DNA from: an uncultured Alphaproteobacteria bacterium
GTDB taxonomy: Bacteria; Pseudomonadota; Alphaproteobacteria; Rs-D84
Direction of reading: 5' to 3'
DNA: 64,000 nt
NCBI GenBank assembly: GCA_944390835.1
Contig: CALXQT010000010.1
Coordinates: 583-64,582, forward strand
Shown piece by piece: positions 8,929 to 18,433 of this stretch. Position 1 is the first letter of the stretch, and the number at the start of each line of letters is the position of its first letter. The notes beneath the pieces were generated by a model. The model saw only the letters and a program-made list of their open reading frames with translations, did not search any database and was not told the origin of the DNA. A program made the translations under genes and the position numbers.

Positions 8929-10230
8929 TTATTTAATAATTTTGCCGCGTAAAGACGCTTTATTTGCATCAGTTATCTCTATTTGTGCAAGATGTGGAAT
9001 TGCTTCGCCAACAGTATCGGTTATACATTGTTGCATATAAGGCGTTCTATAAACTAAATGACGCCCCGTTTTATCTACGCCCTCGTATAGGCAGGGCATA
9101 ATTTTACCAATACAAGAAGTGTTGAATTCTCGCTGAAGGTCGTTTAAATAAGCATCTAATTTTGCAAGTCGTGCGGATTTTATACTTTCTGGAATTTGAT
9201 CTGGCATAAGAGCCGCCGCTGTATGTGGACGTGGAGAATATTTAAAAGAATAAGAGTTTATATATTTTACGCGTTTTGCAATTTCCATTGTTTGTTCAAA
9301 ATCAGAATCTGTTTCTCCCGGAAAGCCCACAATGAAATCACTAGATATTTGAATATCTGGGCGTGCAGATTTGAGTTTGTTTACAATATCTATATATAGA
9401 TCTAGCGAGTAAGGGCGATTCATTCTTGTCAATACATTTTGAGATCCGCTTTGTATAGGCAAATTTAAAAAAGGCAGTAGTTTAGTCTCTGTTCTAAACA
9501 TGTCTATCAAATCATTTGTCATTTCTGTTGGGTAACTAGATGTAAATCGGATGCGTTGTATAGCATTTAATTTTGCAGCCTCTCGAATCAGGTCAGATAG
9601 TCGATAAGTTTTTCCTTCCTGATCCGTATATTTATATCCATTTACATTCTGACCTAGGAAACATATTTCTATTGCACCGGTATTTGCGGCGTGAATAGTA
9701 TCTTTTATTATATCATTAAATGGGCGTGATAGTTCTCTGCCTCGTGTATACGGTACGATGCAATATGTGCAACAATGATTGCAGCCTTCTTGAATAGGTA
9801 TGTACGCAACAGCTGGCGATTTTTCTAGTTGTGGTAACTCATCAAATTTTTCAAGACCACCCAAGTCAATATTTAATAGTTTGATATCTGGGTTTTCTAA
9901 TATTTCTGGTAACTTATGATAACTTTGTGGTCCCAGGACAAAATTTAGTTCTGGAATACGACGAAATGCATCAGCACCAGATTCACGCGCAACGCACCCC
10001 ACTATACCAAATAAAGCGTCAGGCTTCTTTTCGTTGCGAATACGTCCCAATGCACTAAAGACCTTGTCTGTTGCTTTAGCTCGTACTGCACAAGTATTTA
10101 GTATAATTATATCTGCTTCTGATACTTTGTCGGTTTGTTTCATTCCTCGAGACGTCAGCATGCCGGCAATACGTTGACCGTCATAAACATTCATTTGACA
10201 TCCAAAGGTATGAATATAAAAACGCTTCAT
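8929..10230 (-). CDS. miaB: tRNA-i6A37 methylthiotransferase MiaB (radical SAM)
   Basis: N-terminal FGCQMNVYD, radical-SAM CNHCCTYC, TRAM-like C-terminus. 433 aa. Confidence 0.9.
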   Translation of the reverse strand: MKRFYIHTFGCQMNVYDGQRIAGMLTSRGMKQTDKVSEADIIILNTCAVRAKATDKVFSALGRIRNEKKPDALFGIVGCVARESGADAFRRIPELNFVLGPQSYHKLPEILENPDIKLLNIDLGGLEKFDELPQLEKSPAVAYIPIQEGCNHCCTYCIVPYTRGRELSRPFNDIIKDTIHAANTGAIEICFLGQNVNGYKYTDQEGKTYRLSDLIREAAKLNAIQRIRFTSSYPTEMTNDLIDMFRTETKLLPFLNLPIQSGSQNVLTRMNRPYSLDLYIDIVNKLKSARPDIQISSDFIVGFPGETDSDFEQTMEIAKRVKYINSYSFKYSPRPHTAAALMPDQIPESIKSARLAKLDAYLNDLQREFNTSCIGKIMPCLYEGVDKTGRHLVYRTPYMQQCITDTVGEAIPHLAQIEITDANKASLRGKIIK

Positions 10231-10237
10231 TTGTGAC

Positions 10238-10414
10238 TTATTTGTTCTTTGTTTTTTCTGCGCGTATGGTTAGGTTCCTTGCTGCTTGAATACGTTTAAT
10301 TTTTTGTATAGCGCGATAAGCTTTTGATGGTCTTTGAACTTTATCAGGAATGTCCACAATCCCATATTGTATGCCTGTTATAGAATCGTCTCTAATAATT
10401 TTTATTACTTTCAT
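10238..10414 (-). CDS. Small hypothetical protein (58 aa) wedged between gatB and miaB; below the ORF-track cutoff
   Basis: Hand translation: MKVIKIIRDDSITGIQYGIVDIPDKVQRPSKAYRAIQKIKRIQAARNLTIRAEKTKNK. ATG lies 13 nt after the gatB stop, preceded by aaaaagg. Its stop lies 7 nt before the miaB start. Confidence 0.4.
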   Translation of the reverse strand: MKVIKIIRDDSITGIQYGIVDIPDKVQRPSKAYRAIQKIKRIQAARNLTIRAEKTKNK

Positions 10415-10427
10415 ATGTTTTACCTTT

Positions 10428-11948
10428 TTAAGATAGCTTTTTACGTAATAGTTCGTTTACTGCAGCTGGATTCGCTTTACCGCCAGTTGATTTCATAACG
10501 TTGCCGACAAAGAATCCCAATAATCCAACTTTACCAGCCTTATATTGTTCTACTTGTGCCGGATTAGCAGCTATCACTTCATCAACTGCTTTTTCAATTG
10601 CTGCTGTATCTGTAATTTGCTTCATACCGAATCGGTCTGCGATTTCTTTCGGGGTACCAGATTCACCGTCTAACATCTTTATAAATATTTCTTTAGCTTG
10701 TTTGCCATTGATTTCAGATGCAGAAATCATATCAACTAATTCGGCTAAATTTTCTGGTGTGATAATTCGTGCTGTGCCTTGATTTGATGTATCCACAGCG
10801 TTTTTTACATCCCAATTTTCTGGGTGCGCAAACAGTTCGCTGATCATCCAGTTTGCGATTGATTTAGCGCGTTCTGGTTTATTACCAACCGCTGCATCAA
10901 ACCATTTTGATATGTCTGTTGTCTCTGTTAAACGTGCCGCATCGTATTCGTTTAAACCTAAACTGATAAAGCGTGCACGTGTGGCAGCAGGTAATTCTGG
11001 CATAGTGCTGCGAATCCTTTCAATTGTCTCTTCGCTTATTTCCAATGGTAATAAGTCTGGGTCTGGGAAATAACGATAATCTAATGCATCTTCCTTGCTA
11101 CGCGCTACAGAAGTTGTTCCGTCTTCTTGATTATAGTGCATTGTATCCTGTGATACCTTACCACCGTTTTCATATATTTCTATCTGGCGACGTGCTTCGT
11201 ATTCAATGGCTGTACGTATGAACTTAAAGGAAACCATATTCTTTGTTTCCGTTTTTTTACTTATTTCTTTACTGCCAACGGGGCGTACTGATACGTTAAC
11301 GTCAGAACGCATAGAACCTTCTTCCATGTTGGCCTTTGATACCCCAAGTGCACGTGCAATTTCACGAATTTCACGTAAATAGCGTTCCATTTCATCTGGA
11401 GATGATATATAAGATCTGTTATCTGGGTTCTTTGTATCCAGGTAAGTTATAATTTCTAATAATGCAACCCCTGTTCGATTAAAATCTACGAATGATTTTG
11501 TCGGATGAATGTCGTGTTTTAATTTCGCGGCGTCTTGTTCCAAGTGTGCACGTTCAATTAAAATTTTTTTAGGTTTACCGTCATCACCCATAATTTCAAC
11601 CCAACCGCGACCTACAATTGGTGGTTCTTCGACAGGTTGAGAAATCTGGTAACCCTGGGGCAGGTCAGGGTAAAAGTATTGTTTACGGGCAAATTTAATT
11701 TTGCGTGATATTTCTGCGTTCAACCCCAGTCCCATACGAATCGCTTGTTCAACGCAAAATTCATTCAATACTGGTAACATACCAGGCATTGCAACATCGA
11801 CCATAGATACCTGTGTGTTTGGAGATATTGTCGGATTATAATTGGCAGAGGCACCACTAAAGAGTTTACGATTAGAAAGCACTTCTATATGCGTTTCCAA
11901 TCCGATAACTAATTCCCAATCTGTCGTTTTGCCTTTTATCGTAAACAT
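10428..11948 (-). CDS. gatB: Asp/Glu-tRNA(Asn/Gln) amidotransferase subunit B
   Basis: WELVIGLETHIEV.., full-length GatB pattern with a C-terminal YqeY-like tail. 506 aa. Confidence 0.95.
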   Translation of the reverse strand: MFTIKGKTTDWELVIGLETHIEVLSNRKLFSGASANYNPTISPNTQVSMVDVAMPGMLPVLNEFCVEQAIRMGLGLNAEISRKIKFARKQYFYPDLPQGYQISQPVEEPPIVGRGWVEIMGDDGKPKKILIERAHLEQDAAKLKHDIHPTKSFVDFNRTGVALLEIITYLDTKNPDNRSYISSPDEMERYLREIREIARALGVSKANMEEGSMRSDVNVSVRPVGSKEISKKTETKNMVSFKFIRTAIEYEARRQIEIYENGGKVSQDTMHYNQEDGTTSVARSKEDALDYRYFPDPDLLPLEISEETIERIRSTMPELPAATRARFISLGLNEYDAARLTETTDISKWFDAAVGNKPERAKSIANWMISELFAHPENWDVKNAVDTSNQGTARIITPENLAELVDMISASEINGKQAKEIFIKMLDGESGTPKEIADRFGMKQITDTAAIEKAVDEVIAANPAQVEQYKAGKVGLLGFFVGNVMKSTGGKANPAAVNELLRKKLS

Positions 11949-12001
11949 TTTTATTTTTCCTTGCTTTTTTTTATTTGGTATCTTATTATTCGTCTCACGT
12001 T

Positions 12002-12077
12002 GGCTAGATAGCTCAGTTGGTAGAGCAAGGGACTGAAAATCCCTGTGTCAGTGGTTCGATTCCACTTCTAGCCACCA
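12002..12077 (+). tRNA. tRNA-Phe (anticodon GAA), CCA encoded
   Basis: GGCTAGA acceptor, GCTCAGTTGGTAGAGC D-arm, anticodon loop CTGAAAA, GGTTCGATTCC T-arm, TCTAGCC-A-CCA. Confidence 0.95.
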
Positions 12078-12080
12078 TTT

Positions 12081-13547
12081 TTATTTCCCCATTACCTTTG
12101 TTGGACGATTATCTACATCTGCAAACTGCTCAATGTGTTTTGCAAGTTGCAATACTCGCATATCGTCAAAGCGTTTCCCAACCACTTGTATACCAAGCGG
12201 TAACCCATTTGTTGCCAAACCAGCTGGAACGCTGCATGCAGGAATACCAGCCAGATTCATCGCTACTGTAAACAAATCCAAAGCATAGTATTCTAATGGT
12301 GTCAAATCAGAATCTAGCGGCATCGCTGTTCCGGCGCTTGACGGACAGACAATCAAATCACATTCTTTAAAAGCATTGTTAAAACTGTCTGCTATCATGC
12401 GACGAACGCGTGCAGCCTGCATAAAATATACTTCATACGATTCGCTAGATAATACTGCTGTACCAATAATCATACGACGTTGAACTTCTTCCCCGAAACC
12501 AGCAGCACGTGTTTTTTTAAATGTGTCATATATATTTTCACCTTCAACTCGTAAGCCATATCGCATGCCATCGTAGCGGGCCAAGTTAGAAGATGCTTCT
12601 GCAGGAGCGATGATGTAATATGCTGCCAATGCATCCAAAATGTTTGGAATTGATATTTCAATTACTTCTGCACCGATTGATTTTAAATCTGCTATACGAG
12701 ACTCAAACAAACGTTTCATATCAGAAGAAATTTCAACGTTTGCAAATTCTTTTATTACACCAACACGTAATTTTTTACCATCTCCTAAAATTGGTTCAAG
12801 TGGTGTATGTGCATGAAATCCGGCTTTTGCGCTAGTTGAATCTTTTGGATCATGTCCTGCCATTGCAGATAATAATAGTGCAGCATCATCAACTGTACGT
12901 GCAATCGGTCCAGGGGTATCTAAACTTGAAGCAAACGCAACACAACCCCAACGACTGCATAAACCATATGTCGGTTTCATACCTACCAGACCAGTTATTG
13001 CAGATGGAAAACGAATCGAACCACCAGTATCTGTACCTGTGCCACCAATTGCTAATCCTGAAGCAATCGCACTTGTTGCCCCACCAGATGATCCGCCGGC
13101 CGTTAACCTCTTTTCCTTTTGCCACGGATTTACTGGGGCACCGAAATAACTTGTTTTACTGAAAGTGCCCATTGCGAATTCGTCTAAGTTTGTTTTTCCA
13201 AGTAATACCGTTCCTGCATCTATGAATTTCTGAGATACAGTAGACTCATATTCTGGTACGAAATTTTCTAACATACGAGATGCCGCAGTAGTCCTGATTC
13301 CCTTGGTCGCAAATAAATCTTTCATTCCGATAGGCAGACCATCCAGGGGCAGAGTGGATTCAGACGCATACCTAGCATCGGATGCCGCAGCGTCCGCCAA
13401 TGCACGTTCTGGCGTCGTTGTAATATAGCAGTTTAATTCGGTACCATATTTTTCAATACGCTCCAAATAAGCCTTTGTTAACTCTGTTGAGCTGATCTCG
13501 CGTTTTTTCAGTTTTTCTAATGCTTCTGTAATCGTTAGGTCTATCAT
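12081..13547 (-). CDS. gatA: Glutamyl-tRNA(Gln) amidotransferase subunit A
   Basis: Amidase signature GGSSGGATSAIASG..GTDTGGSIRFPSA. 488 aa. Confidence 0.95.
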   Translation of the reverse strand: MIDLTITEALEKLKKREISSTELTKAYLERIEKYGTELNCYITTTPERALADAAASDARYASESTLPLDGLPIGMKDLFATKGIRTTAASRMLENFVPEYESTVSQKFIDAGTVLLGKTNLDEFAMGTFSKTSYFGAPVNPWQKEKRLTAGGSSGGATSAIASGLAIGGTGTDTGGSIRFPSAITGLVGMKPTYGLCSRWGCVAFASSLDTPGPIARTVDDAALLLSAMAGHDPKDSTSAKAGFHAHTPLEPILGDGKKLRVGVIKEFANVEISSDMKRLFESRIADLKSIGAEVIEISIPNILDALAAYYIIAPAEASSNLARYDGMRYGLRVEGENIYDTFKKTRAAGFGEEVQRRMIIGTAVLSSESYEVYFMQAARVRRMIADSFNNAFKECDLIVCPSSAGTAMPLDSDLTPLEYYALDLFTVAMNLAGIPACSVPAGLATNGLPLGIQVVGKRFDDMRVLQLAKHIEQFADVDNRPTKVMGK

Positions 13548-13569
13548 TTCTAATATCCAAATTGTTTAT

Positions 13570-13863
13570 TTATTCATCCATAACTTTTGGTACGGCAAAA
13601 TAACCACGTGAAACACCCGCAGAATCTGGGGCGTTCGCTAAAACTGCGTCTCGAATATTACCATCTGTTACAACATCTGGACTTTCTGGCAGTTTGTGTT
13701 CGGCCGGATTTAACATAGGTTCAACACCTGTTGTGTCTATTTGCTGTAATTTATCTAACCAATTAATTACCGAATCGATATTCATTTTTTCTAATTTTTC
13801 GTCCGGAATATCGATTTTTATCAAATCAGCAAATTTTTTTAATTGTTGCTTGCTAAATGCCAT
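13570..13863 (-). CDS. gatC: Glutamyl-tRNA(Gln) amidotransferase subunit C
   Basis: 97 aa, located upstream of gatA. ..WLDKLQQIDTTGVEPM.. is typical of GatC. Confidence 0.9.
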   Translation of the reverse strand: MAFSKQQLKKFADLIKIDIPDEKLEKMNIDSVINWLDKLQQIDTTGVEPMLNPAEHKLPESPDVVTDGNIRDAVLANAPDSAGVSRGYFAVPKVMDE

Positions 13864-13915
13864 TTTGAATCCTATTCTATTCTATATCTATAAAAACACT
13901 GAGGAAAATTATACA

Positions 13916-14362
13916 ATGATTTTGCCAGATTTCAACGATTTTCCGCGCAAAGGGCGCATTTTAGGTATAGATTGGGGGGCAAGACGTATAGGTCTGGCTG
14001 TTTCTGATGAAAATCACGGTTTTGTATTTGAAAGGCCGGTACTTGTGCAATCAGATATGAAAACTTCTGCAAAACAGATTTATGATTTAATACGAAGTGA
14101 AAAAATTGTGGGGGTTGTCGTGGGCTTGCCTTTGCGGTCGGATGGTTCTGATTCTGATACAACAAGAAATGTTCGAGATTTTGCAAAAGAACTTACGGCT
14201 TATACAGATATACCGGTTGCTTTTATTGATGAAAGTTTAACCAGCATAGAAGCACAAGAAAAACTGGGGCGAATTCGTGTATCTGATATAAAACGTAATT
14301 TGGATTCTGCTGCGGCCCGTGTAATATTGGAAAACGCGATTTCGTTGATGAATAGAATTTAA
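13916..14362 (+). CDS. ruvX: Putative pre-16S rRNA nuclease / Holliday-junction-resolvase-like YqgF (RuvX)
   Basis: GRILGIDWGARRIGLAVSD and VVGLPLRSDGSDS motifs. I prefer the internal ATG at 13916 because the track ORF from 13694 overlaps gatC. Confidence 0.85.
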   Translation: MILPDFNDFPRKGRILGIDWGARRIGLAVSDENHGFVFERPVLVQSDMKTSAKQIYDLIRSEKIVGVVVGLPLRSDGSDSDTTRNVRDFAKELTAYTDIPVAFIDESLTSIEAQEKLGRIRVSDIKRNLDSAAARVILENAISLMNRI

Positions 14363-14373
14363 TAATCAGAAAC

Positions 14374-14402
14374 AAAAAACGGTGCAAATAGCACCGTTCT
14401 TT
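14374..14402. terminator. Bidirectional terminator
   Basis: aacggtgc-aaata-gcaccgtt hairpin flanked by A- and T-runs, between convergent genes. Confidence 0.8.
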
Positions 14403-15450
14403 AATCGTCTTCATTTTTATCAGGAATTTTCCCGTCTGCTGACAACAATATGGCAATCCAACGTGTAGAATCAAATTGTGCTGTTATTATAAATATTGCA
14501 ACTAACAGAGGAACACTGAAAAACATTCCTGCTATTCCCCATATTACCCCCCAGAACACAAGGTTTATTAGAATCGCCAATGTTGAAAGATTCAGAGTTT
14601 TTCCCGTAAGTTTGGGTTCTAATATGTTCCCAAAAATTATTTGTAGTGCAATTAAGCCTAGGGCTGTTAGAATTGGTTGGTGTAAGGATGGTGCGGTTAC
14701 TAATGAATATAATATAGGTAATCCGCAAGCAACAATGGCACCAATTGTTGGAATATAACTTGTAATAAAAACGATAAACGCCCATATCCCAGCAAATTCT
14801 ACGCCGATAAAATGCAACCAGAAATATGATAAAACACCAGTAATACCCGAAAGCAACGTTTTCATAAATAAATATTTTTTCATGTTTTCGTCAATGCTAT
14901 CAATAATATATTTTACTTTTTTATATTTTGTTTTATTCGGGAAAAGCGCAGAGAATTTCTGATTAAAAGTGCTTTGCTCTATGAATAAAAATATCATATA
15001 AACGATAATCATACCCGTAGAAGCTAATAACCCGGCAACAGAAGAACCTATGTTTGCTGCGATGTTAGTTATATTTGGTATCATATTAGCGTCAAAATGA
15101 ATCCCCATAGATTGGGATAGGTACGAACCAAATTGTACGACTTTGTGTTGCAGTTCTGGTAGTGCAGCGACCAGTTCGCGGAACATTGGTTGAATTTGCG
15201 TTATGAAAAAATAAATTAATCCGCACATAGCCAGTACAGATAATACATTAGATAATATATCAAAACCAATAGCACTGATATGATGGCATTTGCGTTTTTC
15301 TATGGAATTAAATGGGAATAATTTTCTGCAGTATGTTGCAATAGCATTTATTAAATACCATAAAAAGGTTGCAACTAATAACGGTATTAGAATTGACCGT
15401 CCAAGCCATAAGACTAAAATTAATCCAAGAAACAAAACAATACCATTCAT
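14401..15450 (-). CDS. AI-2E family transporter (PerM/YhhT-like permease)
   Basis: 349 aa polytopic membrane protein. Its architecture and C-terminal conserved block (..FWGVIWGIAGMFFSVPLL..) are typical of the family. Confidence 0.75.
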   Translation of the reverse strand: MNGIVLFLGLILVLWLGRSILIPLLVATFLWYLINAIATYCRKLFPFNSIEKRKCHHISAIGFDILSNVLSVLAMCGLIYFFITQIQPMFRELVAALPELQHKVVQFGSYLSQSMGIHFDANMIPNITNIAANIGSSVAGLLASTGMIIVYMIFLFIEQSTFNQKFSALFPNKTKYKKVKYIIDSIDENMKKYLFMKTLLSGITGVLSYFWLHFIGVEFAGIWAFIVFITSYIPTIGAIVACGLPILYSLVTAPSLHQPILTALGLIALQIIFGNILEPKLTGKTLNLSTLAILINLVFWGVIWGIAGMFFSVPLLVAIFIITAQFDSTRWIAILLSADGKIPDKNEDD

Positions 15451-15490
15451 AAAAACCTCCTATGCCAGTAAACAATGCATATATCACGTT

Positions 15491-16381
15491 TTAATTTGTT
15501 ATTTGCGCTACTTCTATATCACTAATATTTATTGTTACATTATGGCTAATCTTTTGCGGTATATATATTGCCAAGCTAATAAGCACCAGTATGTTTATAA
15601 TAATTGCTGTATAAGAATAATATTTTGCTTGCTGTTGACGGAAACTAGATAGTTTTGCAAAGCGAAACCATACGGCAAATATTAAAGCAGATGACAAAGT
15701 CAACAATGTCATATTAAATTCATAAAAGAATCCAGCATAAATTGTAGTTAATATAAAAGCTATTGTTGTGTACGTTGTTTTGGATGTAAGCTTGTTTGTA
15801 AGCGAAAGATACCATTTTGTATGAAGCGCAACTGCAGGATTACTTTTGTCTTCGTCTTGTAAAAGGTACCCAGGAATCCATAGTAACGAAAAACCAAATG
15901 GCATAGAACAAATGATTTTCCAAGGTGCTATTTTCATATCACGACAGCGAAGATATTTGGCATATAGATTTGTAATAAAGATACCTAATAAATATAAGAA
16001 TAGTAAAAGCACTGTTACGGATATAAATGTATTGATATAATAGTTTGCCAGCATAAGTTTTGCAATAATTGCTGTTTTATTTGCTTGTATTATATAAATA
16101 GTGGTAATAAAGATTGTGGCCCCAATTATAATTTGGGCATTGTTTAAAGCGATAAAACCACGCCAATCCATATTATCTCGCGGTAATTTGTATAAAACTA
16201 ATCCGGTTGCTACCAAAACAGAAATTGTTGCTGATAAACTCATAGCTGTACCAAACGTAAAAGACGGAATCAAACCAGCAATAGCAACCAATAAAATCAT
16301 CAAGAAAAACGAAATTACGGCAAATTTTATTGGTGTCCATAATAACCAGGACAATAATGATATGGATTTATTATAAGTCAT
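15491..16381 (-). CDS. Hypothetical polytopic membrane protein
   Basis: 296 aa with ~8 hydrophobic segments. No motif recognised. Lies between sufC and the AI-2E permease on the same strand. Confidence 0.5.
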   Translation of the reverse strand: MTYNKSISLLSWLLWTPIKFAVISFFLMILLVAIAGLIPSFTFGTAMSLSATISVLVATGLVLYKLPRDNMDWRGFIALNNAQIIIGATIFITTIYIIQANKTAIIAKLMLANYYINTFISVTVLLLFLYLLGIFITNLYAKYLRCRDMKIAPWKIICSMPFGFSLLWIPGYLLQDEDKSNPAVALHTKWYLSLTNKLTSKTTYTTIAFILTTIYAGFFYEFNMTLLTLSSALIFAVWFRFAKLSSFRQQQAKYYSYTAIIINILVLISLAIYIPQKISHNVTINISDIEVAQITN

Positions 16382-16404
16382 GATGCGTCCTTTTTTGATT
16401 AAAT

Positions 16405-17082
16405 TTATTTTATCATAACTTTCCCTTTATACAAAGTCGTTATGCCCGTAGGATTAACAAGTTCTGTAAAGTTCCTTTGATGACTGATGAATAAAAATGT
16501 TGTGTCTTGCATTTCTTGTATTATATCAATTAATTGTTTTTGTACGCCTGTATCTGCCCCAGAATCCGGTTCATCTAAAATTGCAAATAACGGTTTAGTC
16601 ATAATTAGACGTAATAGCATTAACTTTTTGCGCTCGCCGCCAGAAAAGCCTACATTTATGCTACGATTAAGCCATTCTTTTGGAATGTTTAATTTATTTC
16701 TGGCGTTTTCTAGATTTGTTAGGAATTCACCCATGGATAAATCTTTACCAGTTTGAAAATGTGTGTGTGCTGATAAAGAATGTTTTAGAAAACTTAATAC
16801 TGTTAAACCTGGAATTTCTGGTACAGTTTGCGCCCCAAGAAATAAACCCAATAATGATCTGGTCGTAGAGTTTTCTTTTGTAATGTCTTTTCCATTAAAA
16901 ATTATATTCCCAGAATCAATAGTATACTGTGGGTTTCCCATTATCGTACCAACCAGTGTGGATTTCCCAGAACCATTTTGACCAGATAATAGATGTCGTG
17001 ATCCTTTTGCAACATGCATATTTATATCGGTTAATAATTTTTTCTCGTCTAATGATACAGATAAATTTTTTATGTCTAACAT
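16405..17082 (-). CDS. sufC: Fe-S cluster assembly ATPase SufC
   Basis: Walker A GQNGSGKST, ABC signature FSGGERKK, Walker B ILDEPDSG. Downstream of sufB. Confidence 0.9.
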   Translation of the reverse strand: MLDIKNLSVSLDEKKLLTDINMHVAKGSRHLLSGQNGSGKSTLVGTIMGNPQYTIDSGNIIFNGKDITKENSTTRSLLGLFLGAQTVPEIPGLTVLSFLKHSLSAHTHFQTGKDLSMGEFLTNLENARNKLNIPKEWLNRSINVGFSGGERKKLMLLRLIMTKPLFAILDEPDSGADTGVQKQLIDIIQEMQDTTFLFISHQRNFTELVNPTGITTLYKGKVMIK

Positions 17083-17096
17083 GATTTTTCCGTTTT

Positions 17097-18431
17097 TTAT
17101 TTCTTTTCTAGCGCCATTTGAATCAGTTGTTTTGATTCAACTAAAAATTCCATTGGTAATCTAGATATAACTGGGGCAGCAGTTGCACCAATTATTAAAG
17201 CTGTGGCAACGTCTTCTTCTATGCCGGCCATCATTAAAAAATCTAATTGATTTTGATCTATGGAACCAGTTGATGCTTCATGGCTTTGTTGGTTATCTGC
17301 ATTTGCATGAATTATTGTAGGAATAGTATTGGCAGTCGCGCAGTTACCAATTAATCTAGTATCACATTTTGATGCATTTTTACCGTTATGACCGCTGAAA
17401 CTAACAAGACTACGGAATGTTTGTCGTGATTTATCAAGTGCAACACCATATGAGACGATATTTGAAACGGTTTCGTCTCCAATATGTATCATTTTAGTTC
17501 CTGTGTCAGCCTGTTGTGCACCGCGAGTAATAGATAATGAATAAAAGTCGCTATGTGCATGATTTCCGGCTAAAATTGTAGATGGATATTTCCATGTCAT
17601 AGCAGAACCAATTTCTACTTGAGTCCAATTAAGACATGCGTTTTCGTAACACTTTCCACGTTTCGTTACAAAATTCAATATACCGCCGTCATTTTTTTTA
17701 TTTGGGTTATTAAACTCTCCAGCATACCAATTTTGTACAGTTGCGTATTTTACTAGTGCATCATCATGTACAATAATTTCTACAACGCCACTATGTAACT
17801 GATGGTTGGGACGGCGTGGGGCGCTGCACCCTTCCATGTAACTTAATTCTGATTCGCTGTCGGCGATAATTAATGTACGTTCAAATTGACCAATTTTTGC
17901 AGTTTCTATTCGAAAATAACTAGCAAGATCTATTGGGCATTTTGTGCCCTTGGGAACATAAACAAATGTGCCGTCAGAAAATACTGCAGCATTTAAGGCA
18001 GCAAAAAAGTTATCTGTTGCAGGAACTACTGTACCTAGGTATTTACGTACTAATTTTGGATATTGCTTAACTGCCTCTGAGAAAGGTAAAAATATTATAC
18101 CAAGTTTTTTTAATTCGTCTGTATAAGAAGTATGAACGGATTTACTGTCTATAACCGTATCTGTAGCCATGCCTAATAATGCACGTTGTTCATTTTCTGG
18201 CAACCCCATTTTTTCATAAGTTTCGCGTAAATCAGAATTATCAATAGGATGTGTTTCGTTGTAATAATTTAAAGCATCATAATCTATCGGTGCATAATCA
18301 ATCTCTGCCCAATGGGGCTCATTCATTTTTTCCCATGCATAGAGTGCCTGCAATCGCCAGTCTAACAGCCAGTCCGGTTCCCCGCGTCGGAAGGATATTT
18401 CACGGACAAGATTTTCAGATAATTTTGCCAT
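17097..18431 (-). CDS. sufB: Fe-S cluster assembly scaffold SufB
   Basis: ..TWKYPSTILAGNHAHSDFYS..DTGTKMIHIG..HEASTGSIDQNQLDFLMMAGIEE..LPMEF. 444 aa. Confidence 0.9.
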   Translation of the reverse strand: MAKLSENLVREISFRRGEPDWLLDWRLQALYAWEKMNEPHWAEIDYAPIDYDALNYYNETHPIDNSDLRETYEKMGLPENEQRALLGMATDTVIDSKSVHTSYTDELKKLGIIFLPFSEAVKQYPKLVRKYLGTVVPATDNFFAALNAAVFSDGTFVYVPKGTKCPIDLASYFRIETAKIGQFERTLIIADSESELSYMEGCSAPRRPNHQLHSGVVEIIVHDDALVKYATVQNWYAGEFNNPNKKNDGGILNFVTKRGKCYENACLNWTQVEIGSAMTWKYPSTILAGNHAHSDFYSLSITRGAQQADTGTKMIHIGDETVSNIVSYGVALDKSRQTFRSLVSFSGHNGKNASKCDTRLIGNCATANTIPTIIHANADNQQSHEASTGSIDQNQLDFLMMAGIEEDVATALIIGATAAPVISRLPMEFLVESKQLIQMALEKK

Positions 18432-18433
18432 AT

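Noticed and set aside
13694-13915. The upstream extension of the ruvX ORF (track start 13694).
   Set aside because: The extension overlaps gatC on the opposite strand and encodes low-complexity sequence. The conserved YqgF N-terminus begins right after ATG 13916.
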